From sequence record SRR31156797_2770: 64,000 bases of DNA. The stretch is one strand, 5' to 3'. Both the position numbers and the translations under genes were made by a program. Below are positions 40,965 to 49,507 of this stretch, piece after piece (the stretch's first letter is position 1; every line of letters starts with the position of its first letter). The notes beneath the pieces are model-generated. The model had not been told where the DNA came from and did no database searches. It was given only the letters and a program-made list of their open reading frames with translations.

Positions 40965-42263
40965 TTAAGCGGCTGTTTCTTCTTCTTGCTCTCGGGCAAT
41001 CTGCTGTTTCTCAAAGACTTTAAAGAATGGGTAATAGATTGCGAGTGTGATAAAGAAGTTGACGATCACTAAAATCGCTGCTGCGATACTCCAGTCCGTA
41101 CTCATCCAGGCGGCGATTGGTGCTGGAATGGCAAACCCAAGTCTGGCAGCCATCATCGGTACAACACCGGTAATGGTAGCGAAGTAAGAAATCGTTGTCG
41201 TAATCAACGGTGCCACCAAGAAAGGAATACCTAAGATTGGGTTCATTACGATCGGTGCACCGAAAATCACTGGTTCATTGATATTGAATAGGCCTGGCAA
41301 GATGGACAAACGGCCCAATTGTTTCAAGTATTTTGATTTGGAGAAGAAGAACAAAACGACCAACGCTAAGGTCGTACCGGCTCCACCGATCCATACGAAC
41401 CATTGTAAAAATTGTTCCGTAAAAATATTAGGCAATTCATGCGCATTGCCAGATGCTTGGAAGGCTTCCATATTTTCAGCGATGGAAATATCCCAGAAGG
41501 GACGAATGACAGGACCCATGATGGCTGGTCCATGAATTCCCAGTACCCAGAAGAAACAGATCAAGAAGACAGTCAGCAAACCACCAAACAAGCTATTACC
41601 AGCAAGCACGTCTTTTAACGGCATCAACAAGTTACTTAAAAAGCCATTGATGTCAAAGCCTAACATATGACGGATCACCCAGAACAAAATCAGGATCGCT
41701 CCTCCAGGAATCAACGCCATGAATGAATTCGTCACTTCTGGTGGCACGCCATCTGGCATTTTGATGGTAATGTTTTTTACGATAAAGAAACGATAGATTT
41801 CAACGGACAAGATTGCCGTGACGATCGCGCCAAACAAAGAGCCGGAGCCTAGGTTGGCCACATTGATATAACGTCCCGCATCAATGATACCTTCCACAGA
41901 ATCAAAGACTCGCAACGGTGGTGCAGCGGTTACAAGAAAGGACATCGTTGCTAAAATACCCGCAGTCAATGAATCCAGCTTGTAGCTTTTGGCTAGCGAT
42001 GAAGCAATCCCATACGTTGCATACAATGCCAATAACCCGACTGTATAACGAAAGGGAATATCCAAAACTTCCCGATACGGTTCGATCACGGCAGCGACTG
42101 ATTCGATGGGAAAATTCAGTAAGATCGTGAAGAAAGACCCAACGATCGTTAATGGTAAAGTAGCGATGATCCCCTTACGAATCGCTACCATGTGCCGTTG
42201 CATCCCCACTTTATTTGCAATCGGCATCAATTTCTGTTCAATAAATTCTACAAACCCTTTCAT
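40965..42263 (-). CDS. PTS lactose/cellobiose/chitobiose-family IIC permease
   Basis: KMPDGVPP, WVLGIHG, GGAGTT, FNINEP and YYPFFK motifs. Confidence 0.95.
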   Translation of the reverse strand: MKGFVEFIEQKLMPIANKVGMQRHMVAIRKGIIATLPLTIVGSFFTILLNFPIESVAAVIEPYREVLDIPFRYTVGLLALYATYGIASSLAKSYKLDSLTAGILATMSFLVTAAPPLRVFDSVEGIIDAGRYINVANLGSGSLFGAIVTAILSVEIYRFFIVKNITIKMPDGVPPEVTNSFMALIPGGAILILFWVIRHMLGFDINGFLSNLLMPLKDVLAGNSLFGGLLTVFLICFFWVLGIHGPAIMGPVIRPFWDISIAENMEAFQASGNAHELPNIFTEQFLQWFVWIGGAGTTLALVVLFFFSKSKYLKQLGRLSILPGLFNINEPVIFGAPIVMNPILGIPFLVAPLITTTISYFATITGVVPMMAARLGFAIPAPIAAWMSTDWSIAAAILVIVNFFITLAIYYPFFKVFEKQQIAREQEEETAA

Positions 42264-42403
42264 AATTGCCTCCTTAGTTTATAACATTATAATGTTTATA
42301 CAAGAATAATAGCACAGAGGATCTGGGTTCGTAAATAGTTTTTTAAACAGTAGATAGAATAATCTTTTCGCAATAACATTTCCTACAATAACCATCAAGC
42401 GTC

Positions 42404-42649
42404 CTATCGTTGTCCTTTCGGTCGATACTGATACATAAATCGATTTTGGATGACGGTACAATTGATAATAAGTAACAAAATGAAAACTGGCGCCAAAGGA
42501 GTGCGGATCAACAGTAAAAACAAACTGAGTAAGAAAAGTAAGGAAACAAGTAATAGTTTCCAAAAAGACAGCGTGATTCTAGCATTATTTTTTTCTAAAA
42601 GAAGATGGGTCAGAAAAATCGAGAGCAAACAACTCACTACTAGAACCAT
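42404..42649 (-). CDS. Small membrane protein, probable paralog of 40686-40937
   Basis: Hydrophobic; starts next to the IIC stop (ATG 42649, alternative GTG 42658); shares a motif with 40686-40937. Confidence 0.7.
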   Translation of the reverse strand: MVLVVSCLLSIFLTHLLLEKNNARITLSFWKLLLVSLLFLLSLFLLLIRTPLAPVFILLLIINCTVIQNRFMYQYRPKGQR

Positions 42650-42650
42650 T

Positions 42651-43955
42651 CTACTCACCTTCTTTAACTGTTTCTAGCTCTTGCGCCACTTGAAGTTTCT
42701 CAAATGCTTTGAAGAATGGATAATAAATCGCTAACGAAACGAAGAAACAGACGAAGACCATCAAACAAGCAACCCAATTCCAATTTGAGGTAATCAATGC
42801 GCCAAGAGGTGCGGGAATTGAAAATGGTGGTTTGACCATCATCTTAGGCATCCAATTTAAAGCGGTAACGATATAAACTATAATGGTATTAGCAATTGGC
42901 ACTAGAATAAAGGGAATCGCCAATAGCGGATTCATTACAATCGGTGTCCCAAAGATCATTGGTTCATTAATATTAAAAATTCCCGGTAAAATGGAAAGAC
43001 GCCCCAATTGTTTTAAATAGTTTGAACGGGAGAACATAAACAAAACAACCAATGCAAGCGTTGATCCTGTTCCACCCATTTGGGCATACCATTGATAAAA
43101 TTGCTCGGTAAAAAGATTTGGTAGATCAAAGGCAGACATCCCATTTTGGAACAATTCTGCATTTTCTAAAATTGCCTGATCCCAAAACGGGCGAATGATG
43201 GGACCTAAAACGGCATGGCCATGAATACCCAATACCCAGAATACACAGATTACAAATTGTGTGATGATCCCACCAATCAAATTATTTCCCGTTAAGAACC
43301 CTTTTAAAGGAGAGATGGCGATCGTCAACAATCCATTTAAATCAAAACCAAAAAAGTGTCGCGGAATCCAAAAGACTAAGATAACTAGCAAGGTTGGTAG
43401 GAGTGCCGCAAAGGATTCTCCTACCACAGGAGGTACGCCTTCTGGCATCTTGATTTCCAAGTTTTTTGCTTTCGTAAAATGATAAATCTCTACTGAAACT
43501 AGCGCCGCAATGATCGCACCGAATAGTCCTTGTGATCCAAGTGAAGCGATGGGTAAATACCTTCCTGCAAGTACGGCATCTCCTGTCGTGCTGATGCCTT
43601 CCGCCAAATTGATTGGAACGACCATTAAAATCGTCGCTAACATGGATAAAAACCCACTTGTTATCCGATCGAGTTTGTAACTTGCACCTAAGTTGGAGCC
43701 GATCGTAAATGAGGCATAGAGAGACATTAGCCCCACCGTAAATCGAAAAGGAATGTCAAGTGCCGGTAAATAAGGAGCGACCCATTCGGTATAACCAGGA
43801 ATCGGCAAATTTAAAATAATGGTGAAAAAAGAGCCAACGATCGTGAGCGGCAAAATAGAAATCAACCCATTTCGAATTGCCTGCAAGTGCCGCTGCTGTC
43901 CAATAGCATTGGCAATCGGTAATAACTTCATTGCAACCGAGTCTAAAACTTTCAT
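42651..43955 (-). CDS. PTS lactose/cellobiose/chitobiose-family IIC permease
   Basis: KMPEGVPP, WVLGIHG, GGTGST, FNINEP and YYPFFK motifs. Confidence 0.95.
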   Translation of the reverse strand: MKVLDSVAMKLLPIANAIGQQRHLQAIRNGLISILPLTIVGSFFTIILNLPIPGYTEWVAPYLPALDIPFRFTVGLMSLYASFTIGSNLGASYKLDRITSGFLSMLATILMVVPINLAEGISTTGDAVLAGRYLPIASLGSQGLFGAIIAALVSVEIYHFTKAKNLEIKMPEGVPPVVGESFAALLPTLLVILVFWIPRHFFGFDLNGLLTIAISPLKGFLTGNNLIGGIITQFVICVFWVLGIHGHAVLGPIIRPFWDQAILENAELFQNGMSAFDLPNLFTEQFYQWYAQMGGTGSTLALVVLFMFSRSNYLKQLGRLSILPGIFNINEPMIFGTPIVMNPLLAIPFILVPIANTIIVYIVTALNWMPKMMVKPPFSIPAPLGALITSNWNWVACLMVFVCFFVSLAIYYPFFKAFEKLQVAQELETVKEGE

Positions 43956-43967
43956 TATAAAAACCTC

Positions 43968-45359
43968 CTAAAATTCGTTTGAAAAACCATTTCTTTGAAT
44001 CACTTCTTTAAACCATAGACCAGACTTTTTCACCGTTTTTTCTCCTGTTTCTAAATCTAAGCGATAAAAGCCATAGCGATTTTTGAACGCATTTTGCCAA
44101 CTCCAACAGTCCACAAATGTCCACATGTGATACCCCAGACAGTTACTACCCTCCGTCATTGCTTGGTGAAGCTCAATTAAATGCTCTTTTAAAAAAGCAA
44201 TCCGATAGTTGTCTTGTACTTGCCCCCCTTCGATAAATGTTTCTTCTCCCTGAATCCCGATGCCATTTTCTGAAACAAACCAATCAATATTCCCGTATTC
44301 TAACTGGATTTTTTTGGCGATATCATACAAGCCATGAGGATAAATTTCAATCCCCCTTGAAGTATTCATCCTTCTGCCGGGCATCTCGTAATCATCGTAA
44401 AACCATTCTGGCGAAAAAACTCCCTCGGGATTAGGCAATGATTCTTTGGCTCTCACTCGCCGTGGACGGTAATAATTGATCCCTAACAGATCAATCGTTG
44501 TTTCAGCAATCAAGGCAAGATCCTGTTCTTCCACTCGTGGCATTTGGTCGTAGCACGTTAAAATAGCCTTTAACTCTTGAGGGTAACGACCTTTTAATAT
44601 CGCTTCATTAAGGGAGCGAGTATAGAAGAGGTCTGCCATTTCCGCTGCCTTTAAGTCGGCAGGATGCTGGCTTCTTGGGTAAACTGGGATCACATCCATG
44701 ATGATACCGATTTTTCCTTGATAAGTTCCTTGTCGAAAGACCTTAACTGCCTCACAGTGAGCAAGGATGATATGGTGAAGTACTTGTGCCGCTCGTTTAA
44801 AATCAACTACATAAGGATAGTGCCGGTCATGCAAATAGCCGGCTTCTGCTGGAATCATCGGCTCATTAAAGGTAAACCAGTACGCAACTTTCTCATGAAA
44901 TAAATCAAAACAAATTTTCGCATACGCCCGATACGCTTCGACGACCTCACGATTTTCAAATCCGCCGATTTCTTGTAATTTCATTGGCATGTCAAAGTGA
45001 TAAAGATTGATAAACGGTTTGATGCCTCTTTGATTTAACCCATCAAGCATTCTGGTATAAAAGTCAACTGCTTCTGGATTGACTTCCCCTGTACCTTCGG
45101 GAATAAGACGTGACCAAGAGATCGAAGTCCGAAAAGAATTAAAAGAAAGTGCCGCCATTCGATCCAGATCCGCTTCCATTTCCTGATAAAACCTTGATGT
45201 ATGTTCTGTTGTAACTCCTTCAAAAAACCGATGGTTATAGTTTTTTGATGCATAATCCCAAATGTTTTCTCCTTTATTGTCTCCAGCTATCGTTCCTTCT
45301 GATTGTGTCGCACTCGTTGCTGCACCCCAGAAAAAGTCCTTCGAAAAATTATACTCCAT
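43968..45359 (-). CDS. GH1 6-phospho-beta-glucosidase (GmuD/CelA-like)
   Basis: FFWGAATSATQSEG, TFNEP, VSENG and NAFKNRYG motifs. Confidence 0.95.
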   Translation of the reverse strand: MEYNFSKDFFWGAATSATQSEGTIAGDNKGENIWDYASKNYNHRFFEGVTTEHTSRFYQEMEADLDRMAALSFNSFRTSISWSRLIPEGTGEVNPEAVDFYTRMLDGLNQRGIKPFINLYHFDMPMKLQEIGGFENREVVEAYRAYAKICFDLFHEKVAYWFTFNEPMIPAEAGYLHDRHYPYVVDFKRAAQVLHHIILAHCEAVKVFRQGTYQGKIGIIMDVIPVYPRSQHPADLKAAEMADLFYTRSLNEAILKGRYPQELKAILTCYDQMPRVEEQDLALIAETTIDLLGINYYRPRRVRAKESLPNPEGVFSPEWFYDDYEMPGRRMNTSRGIEIYPHGLYDIAKKIQLEYGNIDWFVSENGIGIQGEETFIEGGQVQDNYRIAFLKEHLIELHQAMTEGSNCLGYHMWTFVDCWSWQNAFKNRYGFYRLDLETGEKTVKKSGLWFKEVIQRNGFSNEF

Positions 45360-45393
45360 GTCGCCCTCCTACAATTCCTTTTTTACTAAGCGA

Positions 45394-45407
45394 AGCATCC
45401 GCTTACA
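45394..45407 (-). promoter_or_regulatory. cre-like site upstream of GH1; second cre-like site at 45467-45480
   Basis: TGTAAGCGGATGCT and TGAAAACGTTCTCT on the minus strand. Confidence 0.55.
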
Positions 45408-45530
45408 TTATTGAACAACGAAAGTATAGCATGAAGTAAAATCAATATAATGTTATAATCCTAAATAGAGAACGTTTTCATCCCTTGTCATTTGTTCCAC
45501 AAAAAAAACACTTTGTTACGGAGGTGCATC

Positions 45531-46301
45531 ATGCTTTTTCTTGACTACAATCCTGAACTTACTGCACTAGAATACGAGGTTTACCGATTTGTATCAAAAA
45601 ACTTGGCTTCAGTGTCTAAAATGAAGATGAAAGAACTTGCCAAAGAGACTCATACCAGTACTGCTAGTATTAGCCGCTTTTGCAAGAAATTTGAATGTGA
45701 TACGTTTACCGAATTTAAGATCAATTTGCGCTTTTACTTAGATTCTCTCGTAAAATCCAAAATATCCGATAGTGATGAATCTCAAACAATTGATTTCTTA
45801 AAGCGAGTAAACCAGCCCTTTTTATCTGAAAGAATCAATCGAGCAACAGAGATTCTTAAGAACAAAAGCTTCGTGCTATTTATTGGATCAGGCTTATCTG
45901 AAACGATTGCGGAATATGGCGCACTCTATTTTACTGACTTGGGAAAAACGGCATTAAAAGTTGACGATCCCTCAAATTATCCTATCGACTGGTTTCCAGA
46001 AGACATATTGTGCAAAACCGGTATCATTGTTTTGTCGATTTCTGGGGAAACACAAGAAATGATTCGATACTTACAAAAGTTAAATCAAAAAGAGTGTCAG
46101 ATTATTGCCATCACGAATACCGAAGATTCAACCATCAGCCAGTTATCCGACTTGACGGTGCCCTATTACATCGAAAGAGAGACCATTTTTAAAGCCAGTC
46201 AGAAAAAAGAGAAAACCATTGAACTGACTTCTCAACTACCAGCAATCTATTTAATTGAAAAAATTGCCAAAAGAATACGCCTATCAGAAGAACTTCTCTG
46301 A
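45531..46301 (+). CDS. RpiR/MurR family regulator
   Basis: HTH TSTASISRFCKK..FTEFK and SIS domain LSISGET; GGAGGT RBS. Confidence 0.92.
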   Translation: MLFLDYNPELTALEYEVYRFVSKNLASVSKMKMKELAKETHTSTASISRFCKKFECDTFTEFKINLRFYLDSLVKSKISDSDESQTIDFLKRVNQPFLSERINRATEILKNKSFVLFIGSGLSETIAEYGALYFTDLGKTALKVDDPSNYPIDWFPEDILCKTGIIVLSISGETQEMIRYLQKLNQKECQIIAITNTEDSTISQLSDLTVPYYIERETIFKASQKKEKTIELTSQLPAIYLIEKIAKRIRLSEELL

Positions 46302-46325
46302 TAGACGCAGGTAGTTTCATTTTAT

Positions 46326-47063
46326 TCAGCGATCTTCACAATCTGTAACTAAATCAAATAAAAGTTCCACCAAATAAATGGCTGGAATTTGTGAGGACAA
46401 TGAATCAGCTTCTTGATTATCGGAATAATAATAAGCAAAATTTCGCTCAGATAGTTTAGCAATTGACGTTGTTGAACGATTTGTCAGTGAAATGGTTGAA
46501 ATTCCAGAGAGGCTACATTCAGTGATCAAAGATTCAAGGAATGGATCGGCGCCTTTATTAGAAAAGACTAGCAACGTGGTTTCGCTACTTAAGGTTCGCC
46601 AAACGGATTTAATCGATGTTGCTTCTTCCTCTACGCTCACGATCTTATCTAAACGTGCAAACTTTTGTTGGGCATAGCTCAAAGCAAGTGTCGATTCCCT
46701 ATCACTGGCTAAGATCAAAAGTTTTGCTTTACTTATTCGTTTGGCGATCGTTAATAATGTTTCTCGATAGAAGGATTCATCCATACGTTCAAAAAAATAG
46801 TGCAGGGCTTTTTTATCTTGTTTGAATAATCGATCAGTCTTTCCTTGTTTCTGTAACGTCTTTTTCAATTTGATTTTAAATTCTGAAAAACCTTCGCAAT
46901 CAAATTTTCGACAAAACCGCAGAACAGTCGTTGAGCTAGTTTTTGTTGTATCAGCCAGTTCACGAATAGACATCGAACAGACTTCTGCTTGCTGATTTAA
47001 AACGTATTGAAATAGTTGCCATTCTTTCTTACTGAACGACTTATTCTTGGCAGTGAGTTCCAT
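46326..47063 (-). CDS. RpiR/MurR family regulator with a divergent SIS domain
   Basis: SIRELA..TSSTTVLRFCRK..GFSEFK HTH. Confidence 0.88.
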   Translation of the reverse strand: MELTAKNKSFSKKEWQLFQYVLNQQAEVCSMSIRELADTTKTSSTTVLRFCRKFDCEGFSEFKIKLKKTLQKQGKTDRLFKQDKKALHYFFERMDESFYRETLLTIAKRISKAKLLILASDRESTLALSYAQQKFARLDKIVSVEEEATSIKSVWRTLSSETTLLVFSNKGADPFLESLITECSLSGISTISLTNRSTTSIAKLSERNFAYYYSDNQEADSLSSQIPAIYLVELLFDLVTDCEDR

Positions 47064-47077
47064 TCGTTTTCTCCTTG

Positions 47078-47581
47078 TTACGCCCCTTCGTCTCCAGCAA
47101 TCTTCTTCTCATAAATAAAATCATCCATAACAAATCCCGAACCAATCGTAACGGTGCGTTCAGAAACGCGTTCAAAGCCGCGATGTTCATAAACAGCGAT
47201 CGCCTGCTGATTTTGTTTGTTGACGTTTAAATGCAACGTTTTGCCTGAGGCGATTTCCTCATACCAATCAAAGACTTGGCTGGCATAGCCTTTGCCTCTT
47301 GTGGATAGGTGGAGATACAATTTACTTAAATAAATCTGCTGCGGCGTTTCTTCATACGCTGTATACCCCACTGCTTGGTCACCTTCCATTAGTAAAAGAT
47401 AGACGGCTCCTTGCTGGACTTCGTTTTGAATCGCTGCTGGTGATTGATAATGAGCCAGCATATACGCGACTTGATCCGAACCAATGATTGGTGTAAACAC
47501 TTCTGGCCAGATTTCTTTGATCAAACGATCCAACGTTTGGAAGTCTTCTGGTGATTGAATGATTTTTTGTGTAATTGCCAT
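47078..47581 (-). CDS. GNAT acetyltransferase
   Basis: LSKLYL..RGKGYA and NVNKQN..AIAVYE..GF motifs. Confidence 0.92.
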   Translation of the reverse strand: MAITQKIIQSPEDFQTLDRLIKEIWPEVFTPIIGSDQVAYMLAHYQSPAAIQNEVQQGAVYLLLMEGDQAVGYTAYEETPQQIYLSKLYLHLSTRGKGYASQVFDWYEEIASGKTLHLNVNKQNQQAIAVYEHRGFERVSERTVTIGSGFVMDDFIYEKKIAGDEGA

Positions 47582-47752
47582 AAGAATCCCTTCTCTCTGT
47601 TGCTGTGCGAAACAGAAGCTCGCTTATAAATATCTCTATTATAAGGGAAGAACCAAAAAAAGAAAGGGCACGTTGAATAAAGATCCCTAAAAGTTTCAAA
47701 AGATGGTAAACTAGAAGTGAAAAAATGGCTACAAAAAGGAGGTAGCAACACG

Positions 47753-48016
47753 ATGCAACTCTTACAACTACTTTTACTGGCAATCATTTTTGTTTCTTTC
47801 TTCATGGTGTTGATTGGATGGGTTTTATCGATGACCAATGGCTTGATCTTTTCTCGTTCTCCTCAGCAATTTAAAGCACACGCTCATGATTCTAACTATG
47901 AAAAAGAACGACAAGCAGGCAAGCGCTTGAAAGAGATTATATTTCGACGCATTGTTCCTTTAGGTATAGCCTCTTTGCTCGTCTATGGATTAACCGCACT
48001 ATTAAACGTCCTTTAA
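47753..48016 (+). CDS. Small membrane protein with two predicted TM segments
   Basis: AGGAGGT RBS before ATG 47753; two hydrophobic segments. Confidence 0.7.
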   Translation: MQLLQLLLLAIIFVSFFMVLIGWVLSMTNGLIFSRSPQQFKAHAHDSNYEKERQAGKRLKEIIFRRIVPLGIASLLVYGLTALLNVL

Positions 48017-48129
48017 AAGTTTTTAAAAAGACTTGAACAAATCGAAAAATAACCGGCATCTTTTCCTGTTGATCAATGCTCCTTCGCTTTCGCTGCGGGG
48101 AACATCAATGCATAAGATGCCGGTTTTTT

Positions 48130-48300
48130 TTATTTGCTTACTGCTGCTTTAGAGGCTTGAACTTTTTTCAGTAAAGCGAAGAGGACTTGGCTATCATCGA
48201 TAGCCGCAATATATTGTTGGCAAATTGCCATCATTTCTGTTTCATCCATTTTATCTAAAGAAATAACTAATTCATTTTCTACTACCTGCTTATTATTCAT
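48130..48300 (-). CDS. Small hypothetical protein, 56 aa (absent from the ORF track)
   Basis: MNNKQVVENELVISLDKMDETEMMAICQQYIAAIDDSQVLFALLKKVQASKAAVSK; AGGGAG RBS; stop abuts a terminator. Confidence 0.7.
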   Translation of the reverse strand: MNNKQVVENELVISLDKMDETEMMAICQQYIAAIDDSQVLFALLKKVQASKAAVSK

Positions 48301-48431
48301 AGGGCTCCCTACTTTCTTCCTTTGTTACCTCTAGTTTGCCATGAATGAGCAGGTTCCGTAAGAACTTTTCAGTTTACAAACAGGAAACGGGTGGTTTACA
48401 TCCTTGTCCTACCAAGGTTTTGCCAGAAAAT

Positions 48432-49307
48432 TTATTCGGTAGCTGGCTCAATGTGGATGTCAGTATCAAACACCTGAAAACGATCAGCTAAGAGATCTTC
48501 AATAGCATCTGCCACGTTATGACTCTTTTCAACCGTCAAAGATTTGTCCATCGTCACGACGACATCGAGAAAAACATTGGCACCATACATTCTTCCTCGA
48601 ATCGATTTAACAGATTTCACTTCAGAAAAACCAGCGATTGCCGCTTCATACTCCACGACTAACGATTCATCAAACCCATCAGAAAGTGAAAAGGCACTCT
48701 CGCGAAAAATGTCAACGGCGGTTTTGATAATCAAAAGAGCTACCACGATCGCAGTCAAACTGTCTAACCAACCGATACCAAATGAGGCGGCAAAAATAGC
48801 GATCGCCGTTCCAATACTCGTCCACGCATCGCTGCGGTTGTCTTTAGCAGCTGCTAGCAAAGCGGAGCTTTTTACGCGAGCGGATAATCGCTTATTGTAG
48901 TAATACATACTATACATCAAAATAGCTGAAATGATACCGACGACTGCCGCAATCATATCGGGACTTTGCGTTTCACCGAGTAGAATCGTTTGAATGGAGG
49001 ACCATAAAACCTGCAGACCGACCGCCAGCATAATCAAGGATGTTACGAGACTCGCCACATTTTCTGCTTTCCAATGACCATATTTATGGTCTTCATCTGC
49101 TGGCTTTTGAGCCAAACGCAAACCGATCAAAACAGCGATAGAAGCTACGATATCCGTCGCATTGTTTAATCCATCCGCCCATAATCCTTCAGAGTTTGCC
49201 AAACGACCAATAACTAGTTTGGCGATGGAAACAAAAATGTAGGCAACGATACTTAAGATAGCGCCTCTTTCTGCTTGTTTTAATTCTGCATATCTTGTTT
49301 GATTCAT
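48432..49307 (-). CDS. Cation diffusion facilitator (FieF/MntE-like)
   Basis: ADGLNNATD, HKYGHWKAE, DNRSD and HIEP motifs. Confidence 0.93.
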   Translation of the reverse strand: MNQTRYAELKQAERGAILSIVAYIFVSIAKLVIGRLANSEGLWADGLNNATDIVASIAVLIGLRLAQKPADEDHKYGHWKAENVASLVTSLIMLAVGLQVLWSSIQTILLGETQSPDMIAAVVGIISAILMYSMYYYNKRLSARVKSSALLAAAKDNRSDAWTSIGTAIAIFAASFGIGWLDSLTAIVVALLIIKTAVDIFRESAFSLSDGFDESLVVEYEAAIAGFSEVKSVKSIRGRMYGANVFLDVVVTMDKSLTVEKSHNVADAIEDLLADRFQVFDTDIHIEPATE

Positions 49308-49507
49308 GTCATCCCCTCCAATTAGTCAACTTGAAAATAATAGCTGAAATTTTCATCAATTGCATCATTTATTTGAGAGATTTTATTTTTTAGGAGTGGC
49401 AAACATTCACTTCTAGTGAAACGAATTTCTGTTCTGAGGTTACCAAAAAAACAGGACTCCCAAGGGAATCCTGTTTTTTGCTTTTTTTCTTTCACAAAGA
49501 ATCGCTG

